This document shows positions 19,838-29,330 of a stretch of DNA of 64,000 nucleotides, one piece after another. The first letter of the stretch is position 1. Every line of letters begins with the position of its first letter. Source of the DNA: a candidate division FCPU426 bacterium (lineage in GTDB: Bacteria; Oederibacteriota; Muellerivitia; Muellerivitales; Muellerivitaceae); NCBI GenBank assembly GCA_963738405.1, contig CAVTWJ010000002.1, forward strand, positions 32,001 through 96,000, read 5' to 3'. The notes under the pieces were generated by a model, which had not been told where the DNA came from, made no database searches, and saw only the letters and a program-made list of their open reading frames with translations. The position numbers were made by a program, and so were the translations under genes.

Positions 19838-19863
19838 GTCCACGACGGGTCACCGTCGTGGAC
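19838..19863. repeat. 26-bp REP-like perfect palindrome
   Basis: GTCCACGACGG-GTCA-CCGTCGTGGAC. Confidence 0.85.
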
Positions 19864-19875
19864 GACCCAGTTGGT

Positions 19876-20220
19876 TTATTCGAATATGAGAATTTTAAGA
19901 TTTTCGATCAACTTCACCTTATCAATCAGGTTTAACTCCCCCAAGTGCTTGACGAACCTGCGGTTATCAATGGCTCGAATTTGATCGGCTAATATGTCGG
20001 AATCTTTTTTAAGGCCCATTCCTTTTTTAGAAAGGTGAACCCGGAGGATTTCCGCCCCACGGACGACTTGCGTGGTGATGGGGCAAACAATGGTGCTGGG
20101 GTGTTGACCGTCGTTTAAAAGGTTGGTTTGGAGAACGACGACGGGCCTCGTTTTTCCGGATTCGGTGCCGAAGCGGGGACTTAGATCCGCCAGGTAAATA
20201 TTAAATTTCCTGATTTTCAT
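19876..20220 (-). CDS. PemK/MazF family toxin
   Basis: IYLADLSPRFGTESGKTRPVVV...CPITT...DQIRAIDNRR. Confidence 0.93.
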   Translation of the reverse strand: MKIRKFNIYLADLSPRFGTESGKTRPVVVLQTNLLNDGQHPSTIVCPITTQVVRGAEILRVHLSKKGMGLKKDSDILADQIRAIDNRRFVKHLGELNLIDKVKLIENLKILIFE

Positions 20221-20456
20221 TCAACGGAAGCCTCTTCAAGCTTTTCCATCTCGCCCAGGATATCCATGGAATTCTTTCGCGTAAGCAGGGATTCTTTTTT
20301 AAGTTTCTGGCGAAGCCCTTTGCGCCGGTTGAAAGCGTTATAAAAATCCAACGCCTCATTGATGTAGGTGTTTCGGGGCATATGAAGCCGCTTGGTCTGG
20401 ACTTCCACATCCTCGAAAATTTCACCTTTTATTTTAAGGGATAGAACTTTGGTCAC
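20217..20456 (-). CDS. Probable cognate antitoxin (ribbon-helix-helix-like)
   Basis: 79 aa, ATGA overlap with toxin, KVLSLKI...RNTYINEAL. Confidence 0.8.
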   Translation of the reverse strand: MTKVLSLKIKGEIFEDVEVQTKRLHMPRNTYINEALDFYNAFNRRKGLRQKLKKESLLTRKNSMDILGEMEKLEEASVE

Positions 20457-20527
20457 TTCGACCTCCTTGGGAGTACATACGAATAGTATATACCTCTTGG
20501 TTTAAATGGGATTTTTTTAAATCGCCT

Positions 20528-20553
20528 GTCCATTCCGGGTCCCCGTCGTGGTC
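20528..20553. repeat. 26-bp REP-like palindrome (degenerate copy)
   Basis: GTCCATTCCGGGTCCCCGTCGTGGTC. Confidence 0.75.
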
Positions 20554-20590
20554 AAAAAGGTGGCGATTAAAGAAGGGTATTAAAGGCTGG

Positions 20591-21031
20591 TTATCTTTTG
20601 TGTGGTTTGGGTTCTTTGGCTTCGGCGGAAAGCAGCGTCACTTGATCGAGGACATCCACCGCGAATTCGAGGTCCGGCAGTATTTCCGAAAGGCTCTCCA
20701 GGGGAATTTGGACAGCCTGAACGAGCTTGAGGGCTTCTTCTTTCGCGAAGGCCTTTTCCAGTTTCTTGTTGAAAAACTCGATTGATTTCATCTTGATCAC
20801 CATCTGGGGTCCGCTAAAACCCTTCTGCTCCAAAACCTCGCTGGTCACATCCGTCTTGTTGAGGTTTTCCTTCACCTTTTTGAATCGGTAGATGGAATCA
20901 CTCAGCATCTTTTCCCCGTCCTCCGAAAGTTCGGATGGGAAAAGGCGGGTCTTGTGTTTCAAAAGCGTCTCGAAGGCCCCCATTGAGGCGTCCATCAGTT
21001 TTTTGATTCGGTCTTGGTCGTAATTGAGCAT
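20591..21031 (-). CDS. Hypothetical helical protein
   Basis: 146 aa after a GGAGGT RBS. Confidence 0.65.
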   Translation of the reverse strand: MLNYDQDRIKKLMDASMGAFETLLKHKTRLFPSELSEDGEKMLSDSIYRFKKVKENLNKTDVTSEVLEQKGFSGPQMVIKMKSIEFFNKKLEKAFAKEEALKLVQAVQIPLESLSEILPDLEFAVDVLDQVTLLSAEAKEPKPHKR

Positions 21032-21069
21032 CAAAACACCTCCCCCACACAATGGTTAATGGCCCGCCT

Positions 21070-21774
21070 TTATTCCGTTTCGCTGATTCGCTTTTTCAAA
21101 TTCTCGATGGCCGCCTTGGCGTCCAGATTGCCGCCGTCGGCCGATTTTTGGTACCACTTCAAGGCTTCGTCAAAGTTCTGTTTGCCCGCCCAGCCATGCT
21201 CATCATAATACCCGATCTCGTATTGGGCCTGGGCGTTGCCCTGGTCCGCGGCCTTTTGATAATAGGAGCGGGAATAGTCGTAATTCGGGTAGGTGCCCAG
21301 GCCATGCTCCCAAAGATAGGCCAGATCCATCAAGCCTAACACATTCCCCTGGTCGGCCGACTTTTGGAACCATTGAATGGCGATGGAATAATCCTTGGGG
21401 ACGCCCCAACCGTTTTCATATAAATAGCCCAAATGGTCCTGGCCCGCCGGGTTGCCCTGATCTGCCGACTTTTGAAACCAGAAGAGCGCCTGCGCGTAAT
21501 CCTGGGTGACGCCCATCCCATGCTCGTAGCAGAAGCCCAATTTGTTTTGACCATTGGAGTTTCCAAGATCGGCCGATTTTTGGTACCAACCCAGGGCGCC
21601 TGGAACATCCTTGGCTTTTTCAGCCAGCAGGCCCTTTTGGTATTCGGCATCGCCGGGAATGGCAGGTGTGGCGGTGGGGATGGGGGTAGCGGGCTTGGGA
21701 TCGGCGAAAAGGGACCCGGCTAACCCGGCAAAGATAAATCCCGCGAACAAAATCCATATTTTTCGATTCATCAT
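21070..21774 (-). CDS. Secreted Sel1-repeat protein
   Basis: Signal peptide; repeated LG..YE.G.GV..DY..A..WFQKSADQGN. Confidence 0.92.
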   Translation of the reverse strand: MMNRKIWILFAGFIFAGLAGSLFADPKPATPIPTATPAIPGDAEYQKGLLAEKAKDVPGALGWYQKSADLGNSNGQNKLGFCYEHGMGVTQDYAQALFWFQKSADQGNPAGQDHLGYLYENGWGVPKDYSIAIQWFQKSADQGNVLGLMDLAYLWEHGLGTYPNYDYSRSYYQKAADQGNAQAQYEIGYYDEHGWAGKQNFDEALKWYQKSADGGNLDAKAAIENLKKRISETE

Positions 21775-21803
21775 TACCGTTTCCAAATTGGGTTCCAAAC
21801 AGC

Positions 21804-21839
21804 AAAAAGCCCGGCTTCGCAGGTTAAACCGGGCTTTTT
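21804..21839. terminator. Intrinsic terminator (bidirectional form)
   Basis: AAAAAGCCCGG...CCGGGCTTTTT downstream of the autotransporter. Confidence 0.75.
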
Positions 21840-21875
21840 CTAACCACAACTATTTTTTCCCTAAATCGGCGGCTT

Positions 21876-24800
21876 TTAGAACCCTAGGCTGATCCCCGCG
21901 TTCACATTTTGCTCGGTGACATTCGTCTGACCGATCTTACCTTGATAAGAGGCATACATATTGAAGCTCCTGGAAAGCTGGGCCTTCAAGCCAGCCCCCA
22001 CCAAAACCGCCTCGGTGCCGGTGGCCGGGCCGTTGACGGTAAAGTTGGCGCCCGATCCAAAGCTGGCGCTTAAGGCATCCAAATTACCTGAGTAGACATG
22101 TTCCCAGGCGGCGTTTATAGAGGGCGACAAGCTAATCCCGTTCAGGTCCCAAGTCCAGCTGGAAGCCACCCCCAAATCGCTGTCGAGAGAGTCTTCGCCT
22201 TGGGCGTCATAGCTTAAGGGCGCCAGGGAGCCCGTTTCGGAGAAGGCGTTGATATGGACGCTGGTGAACTGGCCCGAAGCGTAGGGCCCGATCTTCACCT
22301 GGTCCATCTTGAAATCGTATCCGGCGCTTAGGCTTCCGGAGATCATCTGGCCCTGGGTGGTGCCGGTGGCGATCCCGCTCCAGCCGTTGCGAGAAGTGCT
22401 GTAGTTGCTCAGGCCCCCTACCGCCAAAGCGTTCACGTGGAATTCATCCTCGCGCATTCCGGCGAAAAAGCCTTCCTGCCCGCCGGTGGCGCTCACCGTG
22501 CCGGTGGATTGGCTGGTGCCCGATTGGCTGTAGCCGAAGAACAAGCCGGCCGCCCAATCTTTGGAGAAACGGTAATCCAAGCCCGCCAGCATGCCGCCTG
22601 TGAAATATTGGTAGCCGGGGCCGTTGCCGTCGGGGGAAACCGTCCCGAAGTTGGCGGTCTCATCGGTGAAAACGCCCCACTGGTTGGGCTGAAGGTCTTT
22701 CGCCATGCCCGCCTCATCGGAGGCGGAAAGGTTTCCGGCGAACCTTGTTCCCTCCCCGTTCCAGGCCGTATCACGTGATGTGAATTCCCCGAACAACGAG
22801 TCCAGGTGCCGATTGATCAACCCGGCTTCCCCCTGCGCCGCGCCGAAACCCATATGGAAAAGGGGCGTCAGGCTGGCGGGAGAAAGCTGGTCGTAAATGC
22901 CGGGCAAGGAGGCGTTCGTCTGGCCGTTCAGGTAGGCGATCAAAGCCGGGGGGTTCAACACACCCGCCAGGTTATCCAGCCCCGCGCCCAGATTCTTTTG
23001 GTTGGGCGTGGTGCCGATTTCGGCAAAGGTGAGGGAGGAACCGGGATTGGCCAGATCGGTCAAAAGCACATCCGTCGATTGGTACACCAGCGAAACCGCG
23101 CTGCCGCCCACCGTGTTGTCGATGGAAGCGAAGGTTCCCGTCACGCTCCCCGCCGTCAGCAGGGTGAAGGTTTCGTTATCGTGGATGGTAAACCCGGCGT
23201 AGGAAACAACCTTCAAAGCCCCGTCTAAGGAAGCTGTACCCGCGATATTAAGTTTGTCCCATTGGCTGCTGGAGGGTCCAAGACCTAACTGCAAGGTGGC
23301 GCCCGCGGATTGGGTGTAATTGCCTCCAATGTTCAGGGTCATCGGGCCTGAGTAGACCAGGGTTCCGCCGTTGAAGACGTTGCCCGTTCCCAAGGCGCCG
23401 CTGTTGGCCGCCTCCAAAACGCTTCCGTTGATGGAGGTTCCGCCGCTGTAGAGGTTTTCACCCGTCAGCGTCAAGTTGCCCCCGCCCGAGAGATCCAGGT
23501 TCATGTTGCCTTCCATCACGCCCCCGAAATTCCCCGTGCCTACCTGTAATTGGGCGTTGGTTCCGCCCACGCTGACAACCCCCGAGCCGTTCAAACTGCC
23601 CAGGGTCACCAAGGCCTGACCCGCCGTACCCGCCGTGTAGGTTCCGGAAATGGCGGTTCCATTGCCGGTGGCACTCAAAACCCCGCCCGTTCCGCCTGAA
23701 ACCGTGAAGGTGGAAGCTGAATCCAAGATGAGTGCAGTCAGGGACACCCCGGCATTACCGCCGTTGCCCGCCGTGCCGTTACCGTTAATGCCGGTGGTAA
23801 AGGTGTCGGTGTCCATCGTCAGGACCCCGCCGTTGCCTCCGGAAACCGTGAAGTTCGAGCCCGTGAGGGAAACGAAGGTTCCCGTGACAGCCGCGGCCCC
23901 GCCCGAACCCGCCAGGCTGTTTCCGTTGAAACCGGCTGAAGCGGCCCCGTAGACGGTGGTGCCATTGGAAGCGGTGACGCTTAAACTTCCGCCGTTGCCG
24001 CCCGAGACCGTGAAGCCGGAAGTGGTGAGATAGGCCAAATCCAGGGACAACCCCGCGTTGCCGCCCAAGCCCGCCGTCACGGAGCCGTTGACGCCGTAGT
24101 CGCCGCCCAAAGCGGCCACATCGATGGCGCCGCCGTTCCCGCCGGTAAGGGCGAATTGGGAACCGGTCACGGAAACCGCGCCCATCGACATTTGGGCCAA
24201 CCCGCCCGCGCCCGCCGCGCCGTTACCGTGGATGCCGTTGGAGATGCCGTAATAAAAGCCCTCATCCGTGGAAAGGGCCGTGATGTTTCCGCCGTTTCCG
24301 CCCGAAACCGTGAAGCCGGAGGCCGAATCCATTTCCAGGTCCGTCATCGAAAGGGTAATGGCCCCGCCCGAACCCGCGAATCCGTTTCCCTGAATGCCCC
24401 AGCCGCCGCTGTCGGCGTCCATCGTGATATTGCCGCCCCTCCCGCCGGACAAGCTGACCGAAGAAGAACTCAAGGAAGCCGTCCCCATCGTCACGCCCGC
24501 AGCCCCGCCCAAATGGATCGGGACGTTTCCCAGAATGCCGTCGCTTGAAAATTGAGAATTCAACAGCACATCGCCGCTCGCTCCGCCCGTTACATCGAAG
24601 GCCGAACCCAGAAGGCTCAAGGAACCCATCGACACCCCGGCCGTACCGCCCGCGCCAACGGGCATCGATCCATAAATGCCAGTGGCCCCGAGAAGGGTAC
24701 TATCCCCCGATGCCTCAATGGTCGCCCCCCCGCCATTCCCGCCCGCCACGTTGAAGGTGGACCCGGTTGCCGTCATCGGACCCATCAAGAGGTTGGCGTT

Positions 24801-26165
24801 TCCTCCCAAGCCCGTCGCGGTGCCCGCGTTGGTGCCTTGGGCCCCCGATTCGACATCCGCCACCATTCCCCCGCCGTTCCCGCCCAAAAGGTTGAAGGCG
24901 GAGCCGAACATGGAAACGGGCCCCATCGACAAATTCGCGTTCCCCCCGATGCCCGACGAGGACGCCCCAAAGATGGCAAGACTCAAATTGGTGCAGTTCA
25001 CCGTGATCCCCCCGCCGTCCCCGCCGCTAATGCTGAAGGCGGTCCCCTTGAGCCCCAAGGAGCCGATGGAAGCGTCCGCGTCGGCGCCCGATCCCGCGTC
25101 GGCGGATTGGAAAAGATCCTCCGCGCCCTGGTCCGAATTAACCAGGATTCCGCCTCCGCTTCCGCCCTTTTCATCGAATTGGGAGCCGGAAAGTGAAACC
25201 GAGGACGACAATAAATCCGCGGTCCCGCCCGTGCCCGCCGTGGTGTTTCCCAGGACACCCGAGAGGTCCTGAACCGTGACGCTTCCGCCGTTTCCGCCCG
25301 TCACGTTGAAAAACCCCTCTTTATTCAGCAAACTCACCGCGGCATAGGCCGTCCCGCCGTTCCCGCCGTCGGCGTCTCCCCCAATGCCCAAGTCGTTCGG
25401 GTCGAGTAATCCGACGCCCCCGCCGTTTCCGGCCACGATGTTCACGGCTCCAAAGCCCAAGGCGAGGGTGCCCGTCGATACCGCGGCTGACCCGCCGTTG
25501 CCCGCAGTGGCGGTGCCGGTCAGGCCGTTCGGGCCGCTCACGGATAGGTCCCCGCCGGTCCCGCCCATGACGTTGATTTCGCCCTGAACGAAATTGAAGG
25601 ACGAAAAATTCGAAAAGGCAGACAAAACCACGGTGGTGGCCGTGAGAGCCGCGTTCCCTCCCTGGCCAGCGGTCAAGCTGGTACATAGGGTGGTCACATT
25701 CGGCGAGCCGCCGTCTCCGCCCCAAAGACCCAGGGTGATCCCCGAGGAATCCAAAGACAAATTCGAGGTAGAGGTAAAGACAGCGTTTCCGCCCGCGCCT
25801 CCGTTAACATTGGATCCACTCGTTCCTGTGGTACCGGTCAACAGGGGCTGGGCGCCGGAATCCCAGCTTAAGGTCACGGGCGCGGTAAAGACCAAGGAAC
25901 CCAAGCCCCCGCCGACCGACCCGAGGACGATGGGAGAACTGGGCAGGTCAAACAGGATGACGCCCGCGGGCGAGGAGTTGGTGCCGGCAACCGCCGTCCC
26001 CAAGTCGCCCGCGGAGGCGGAATTGTCGTCATTGGAATAGACATCAAAAATTGAATAGGCCGCCCGCGCGCCGGGAGCGAAAAGGAAAACCAAAAGGGAG
26101 AGAAGAAGGAAGGATTTAGCGGGCGATGCTTTGAAACCGGGAATGAATTTCGAGCCTTGGGTCAT
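21876..26165 (-). CDS. Large autotransporter with Gly-rich repetitive passenger
   Basis: Signal peptide; many GGNGG repeats; PATR-like GGGNLTLTGENLYSGGTSI; C-terminal beta-barrel ending in F. Confidence 0.9.
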   Translation of the reverse strand: MTQGSKFIPGFKASPAKSFLLLSLLVFLFAPGARAAYSIFDVYSNDDNSASAGDLGTAVAGTNSSPAGVILFDLPSSPIVLGSVGGGLGSLVFTAPVTLSWDSGAQPLLTGTTGTSGSNVNGGAGGNAVFTSTSNLSLDSSGITLGLWGGDGGSPNVTTLCTSLTAGQGGNAALTATTVVLSAFSNFSSFNFVQGEINVMGGTGGDLSVSGPNGLTGTATAGNGGSAAVSTGTLALGFGAVNIVAGNGGGVGLLDPNDLGIGGDADGGNGGTAYAAVSLLNKEGFFNVTGGNGGSVTVQDLSGVLGNTTAGTGGTADLLSSSVSLSGSQFDEKGGSGGGILVNSDQGAEDLFQSADAGSGADADASIGSLGLKGTAFSISGGDGGGITVNCTNLSLAIFGASSSGIGGNANLSMGPVSMFGSAFNLLGGNGGGMVADVESGAQGTNAGTATGLGGNANLLMGPMTATGSTFNVAGGNGGGATIEASGDSTLLGATGIYGSMPVGAGGTAGVSMGSLSLLGSAFDVTGGASGDVLLNSQFSSDGILGNVPIHLGGAAGVTMGTASLSSSSVSLSGGRGGNITMDADSGGWGIQGNGFAGSGGAITLSMTDLEMDSASGFTVSGGNGGNITALSTDEGFYYGISNGIHGNGAAGAGGLAQMSMGAVSVTGSQFALTGGNGGAIDVAALGGDYGVNGSVTAGLGGNAGLSLDLAYLTTSGFTVSGGNGGSLSVTASNGTTVYGAASAGFNGNSLAGSGGAAAVTGTFVSLTGSNFTVSGGNGGVLTMDTDTFTTGINGNGTAGNGGNAGVSLTALILDSASTFTVSGGTGGVLSATGNGTAISGTYTAGTAGQALVTLGSLNGSGVVSVGGTNAQLQVGTGNFGGVMEGNMNLDLSGGGNLTLTGENLYSGGTSINGSVLEAANSGALGTGNVFNGGTLVYSGPMTLNIGGNYTQSAGATLQLGLGPSSSQWDKLNIAGTASLDGALKVVSYAGFTIHDNETFTLLTAGSVTGTFASIDNTVGGSAVSLVYQSTDVLLTDLANPGSSLTFAEIGTTPNQKNLGAGLDNLAGVLNPPALIAYLNGQTNASLPGIYDQLSPASLTPLFHMGFGAAQGEAGLINRHLDSLFGEFTSRDTAWNGEGTRFAGNLSASDEAGMAKDLQPNQWGVFTDETANFGTVSPDGNGPGYQYFTGGMLAGLDYRFSKDWAAGLFFGYSQSGTSQSTGTVSATGGQEGFFAGMREDEFHVNALAVGGLSNYSTSRNGWSGIATGTTQGQMISGSLSAGYDFKMDQVKIGPYASGQFTSVHINAFSETGSLAPLSYDAQGEDSLDSDLGVASSWTWDLNGISLSPSINAAWEHVYSGNLDALSASFGSGANFTVNGPATGTEAVLVGAGLKAQLSRSFNMYASYQGKIGQTNVTEQNVNAGISLGF

Positions 26166-26329
26166 GTCAATTGCCTCCATTTTTTGAAAAAGAAAACACA
26201 AACCGTGGGAATGAAATGAAGAAGGGGATGTTGGTTGGGGAGACGATACAGGAACCCATCAATCAAAAACAACCCGATGCGACAATTTCAGGCTTTATTT
26301 TTCGGGTTCCGCGAGCCGGTCCCCCAAAT

Positions 26330-26363
26330 AAAAAAGCCCGGCTCTCAGGGCAAGCCGGGCTTT
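26330..26363 (-). terminator. Intrinsic terminator
   Basis: AAAAAAGCCCGGC...GCCGGGCTTT downstream of the 26384 gene. Confidence 0.75.
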
Positions 26364-26383
26364 AAGCCGCTCAGCGGCAAGTA

Positions 26384-26860
26384 TTATTTTTTATTCGGGT
26401 CTTTTTGAATGGGGGCGGGCTTGGGGGCTTCTCCGCGCTGTGCCTTGACCTTGAGGATCCGCTCGAAAAGCTTGAGATATTCTTTTTTCAGTTCCTGCGG
26501 GGTGTTGCCGCGGTAATTGGATTCGTTGAAATCCTCGCCCAAATAATCTTTGCTCTGGCGGATGAAGGTCAAAATGGTTCCCACCGTCTCATCAGTGGCG
26601 CTGTTGGCGTTGGATTCGATGGTGACTTTTTGCACCACTCCCTCGCGGTAGCGGCCGATTTGGTCTTCGCTGGGGTTGACGATGCCTGAGATCTTGCCCG
26701 TAAAACTCTCTATAAAGAAGAGAACTTCTACCTCTTTGCCGTACAACTCGGTAAGGGTGGTGATTTGGCCGGCATCGGGGTGGGCCAGCAGTTCCAGCCC
26801 GCATTGGCTGCAAAACCGGCTTTTTACTTCATTTTTAAAGCCGCATTGGGTGCATTTCAT
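26384..26860 (-). CDS. Zinc-ribbon domain hypothetical protein
   Basis: MKCTQCGFKN...FCSQCG. Confidence 0.75.
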   Translation of the reverse strand: MKCTQCGFKNEVKSRFCSQCGLELLAHPDAGQITTLTELYGKEVEVLFFIESFTGKISGIVNPSEDQIGRYREGVVQKVTIESNANSATDETVGTILTFIRQSKDYLGEDFNESNYRGNTPQELKKEYLKLFERILKVKAQRGEAPKPAPIQKDPNKK

Positions 26861-27142
26861 TAAAATCATTCTCCAGAAAAGTTGGGTAACTATACCATGC
26901 CCAGAACCTGAGACAAGGTGGGAAAACCCTTTTTTCACGTTTTTTACTAAGGTTTCTAACGGTTCCATTTTCCGGAAACTGAAGGGCTAACTCAAAGATT
27001 GGGTGCCCTTCGATTACCAAAATTGAAACTTTTGGCGTTCCCTGACTGCCCAAATTCCAAAGATTTAACCTTGTAACATCGCACAATTTATTTTGCTATT
27101 TTTTTATTGAAGATTTCGGCCCCTGCTTTTAACTTCTAGGCT

Positions 27143-27313
27143 ATGGCTTGGATCAAGAAGGTTCTCCGGCAAGAAAAAGGACAGGCGCTGACCGAATACC
27201 TGATCCTTGCCGCGGCGGTTTCCGCCGCTATGCTGGGGGTGTCGTTTCTCTTCGCCAACCAAATTCAACGATATCTTTCCTTTGTTTACGATCTTTTATC
27301 CAAGCCGTTTTAA
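27143..27313 (+). CDS. Flp-like pilin (56 aa; not in ORF track)
   Basis: MAWIKKVLRQEKG/QALTEYLILAAAVSAAML...: prepilin G/XXXXEY motif plus hydrophobic helix. Confidence 0.8.
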   Translation: MAWIKKVLRQEKGQALTEYLILAAAVSAAMLGVSFLFANQIQRYLSFVYDLLSKPF

Positions 27314-27337
27314 AATTATGCCTGGGAGGCATGGAAC

Positions 27338-27574
27338 ATGAAAAAACTTTTGAAGAAACAATCGGGCCAGGGGATGACGGAATATATTTTGGTTATCGCC
27401 CTGATCGCGGTGGCGGTGATTGCGGCCGTGAAGATGTTTGGTGGGACGCTGACTGGGGGTTTCAACGCTGCCTCAGGCGCCATCGGAACCAATACGGGAG
27501 CCCCCTCCGGCCAAGGCGTTGCTGGCGCTGCAGGAGCTGCCGGCGCGGTTGGAAACGCAGTGGGCGGCCATTAA
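27338..27574 (+). CDS. flp: Flp family type IV major pilin
   Basis: KKQSG/QGMTEYILVIALIAVAVI; strong GGAGG RBS. Confidence 0.92.
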   Translation: MKKLLKKQSGQGMTEYILVIALIAVAVIAAVKMFGGTLTGGFNAASGAIGTNTGAPSGQGVAGAAGAAGAVGNAVGGH

Positions 27575-27580
27575 CCTGGA

Positions 27581-28129
27581 ATGGTTCACGGCAATTCACA
27601 AGAGGGGCAATCCCTAGCGGAATTTTCATTGATTGCCCCTTTTTTATTTATGTTTTTCTTTGGTTTGATCCAGATCACCTACACGGCTTTTGCGGCGTTT
27701 GCCGTCCAAAGGGCGGCGTTCGCGGTTGCCCGTGAAGCCGCTTCGTCCAATGAACCAACTAAATACAATCCATATTTTCAATTGGCCTATTGCCTTGCCC
27801 CCATTGGTCAGCTAAGTCCAACAACGATGGCGACCGTCTTAGCCACCCGTTGCGATATCAATATCGATGACGAAGGTTATGTTCATGCGCAAGTTTCATA
27901 TCCCATGCCCATTTGGGTTCCACTCATCGGGAAGATATTCGGCCGCCCTTTCCAAATTTCATCCGCTTTGCGTTCCCCTATGGAAGACACTCTTGAAAGG
28001 GTATTTGAATCCCTCGGCAAACCCAAACCCGACCTTTCGTTCAAACAGCTTCATTTTCCCAATGTTCAAACCCTTACTTTTACAGCGGAGGCATTGAACG
28101 AAAATTCGGTCGGCTACGAGGAGGAATGA
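27581..28129 (+). CDS. TadE-like minor pilin
   Basis: G/QSLAEF..IAP; AAFAVAR. Confidence 0.85.
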   Translation: MVHGNSQEGQSLAEFSLIAPFLFMFFFGLIQITYTAFAAFAVQRAAFAVAREAASSNEPTKYNPYFQLAYCLAPIGQLSPTTMATVLATRCDINIDDEGYVHAQVSYPMPIWVPLIGKIFGRPFQISSALRSPMEDTLERVFESLGKPKPDLSFKQLHFPNVQTLTFTAEALNENSVGYEEE

Positions 28130-28130
28130 C

Positions 28131-29330
28131 GTGCTCAAGCTTCAACGCTGGTCCATAACCCCCTGCGGTCAGGTTTTGATGGCCACCTTATTTTTTTGCT
28201 TTATTTTCACCGCCCTTTTCTATGGTGTTTATAAATCCGGCGCCTTCTACAACGCAAAAACGAGGGCGAATCGGGCCACAGATTTGACCGCCTTATCAGC
28301 CGGGGCGGTTTACGCAAATGGGATGCAATTGGTGAGATTATCTAATGTCATTTTGATGGGTTTCTTATCTATTGATATCGGCATTATGCTCGCGTCTTTA
28401 AGCATTACAGGAGGCCTTGGTAATTATGCGCTCAATTATTTCCTCCCCCCAATGCCGTTCACAAAAATTGTTCAAACTGTCCAAAAGGTTTTATTTGGAA
28501 TAGATCTGCCTACCGGGGCCTATCCTTTCTTGATATTTTCAGAGGCAAGCGTACTTTCCAAGGATAACCAGCTATCAAATAATTGGCCCAGCCTAACTTC
28601 CTGGACAATCCCAACCCCGCCTTCCCCAATATTTTTATTCAATTTCGAAGGCAATTTGGCTGAATCCTTCATTCCAAACATGGCTTTGAAATTTAGAACT
28701 CTCGACATTTTGCTGTTAAAACTGCCGAAGGATGAAAAACCATCGAGGTATTACTACCTCGAAAAGAAAACCGGCTTAAAACACTATTACAACGCCGAAC
28801 AGGTTGTGGATGCCCGCAATCCACGGTTCCCTGATCAAAAAAAGGTAAAGGTAGGCGATCAATGGAAATGGGTCGCCTTAGAAAAGGACGGAGAAAAAGC
28901 AGTGAAGGAAGGTGAAAAAGCCGTAGAAGCCGAGGGGGAAAAGGTTGAGGAAAAAGGCGCTCTTCAAGAGTTGAAAGATAAAATCCCTTTCTTTAACTTA
29001 TTCAAACAAATTCCCGTCGATGTAACCGACCGGGACGACCCACCCAATCACACCGTTTTGATTTATTCCTCGTTTCCCTCATCAGTATCGGGAGTGGCTG
29101 AATCTTCCAAATCCTTTCAATGTGTCAGCGAAGCCTCGGTGGAGGGCTCTGGCTTGGGCGCAACGAAAATCAACGACCCACCTTATTGCGCCAAACTGAA
29201 ATCCACAGACCCCACAACCCTCGCAAAATATCTCGATGTCCAGAATATGATTCAAACCGCGGTTCAAACGGGTCATTTACCTAATGTGAGCGATATGTTC
29301 AATCTCGCCGCGGGAGTGCCTTCCAAATGA
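28131..29330 (+). CDS. TadG-like pilus assembly protein
   Basis: G/QVL then TM helix then ATDLTALSAGA. Confidence 0.7.
   Translation: MLKLQRWSITPCGQVLMATLFFCFIFTALFYGVYKSGAFYNAKTRANRATDLTALSAGAVYANGMQLVRLSNVILMGFLSIDIGIMLASLSITGGLGNYALNYFLPPMPFTKIVQTVQKVLFGIDLPTGAYPFLIFSEASVLSKDNQLSNNWPSLTSWTIPTPPSPIFLFNFEGNLAESFIPNMALKFRTLDILLLKLPKDEKPSRYYYLEKKTGLKHYYNAEQVVDARNPRFPDQKKVKVGDQWKWVALEKDGEKAVKEGEKAVEAEGEKVEEKGALQELKDKIPFFNLFKQIPVDVTDRDDPPNHTVLIYSSFPSSVSGVAESSKSFQCVSEASVEGSGLGATKINDPPYCAKLKSTDPTTLAKYLDVQNMIQTAVQTGHLPNVSDMFNLAAGVPSK

Noticed and set aside
17957..20553. CRISPR array from the 26-bp palindromes
   Set aside because: Copies are 0.7-1.9 kb apart and separated by whole genes; no cas genes
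22437..26040. Many Pro-rich plus-strand ORFs
   Set aside because: Antisense shadows of the Gly-rich autotransporter codons
11462..26860. Integron cassette array (co-oriented genes, TA pair, palindromes)
   Set aside because: No integrase in the window, and the intergenic palindromes I examined lack attC RYYYAAC/GTTRRRY ends
27071..27086. TTGTAACATCGCACAA as a CRP/Rex-type site upstream of the pilins
   Set aside because: Weak palindrome whose spacing and sequence fit neither consensus well; single occurrence
27148..27735. 195-aa ORF in the ORF track
   Set aside because: Overlaps two pilins and a TadE-like gene in other frames and has no recognisable motif
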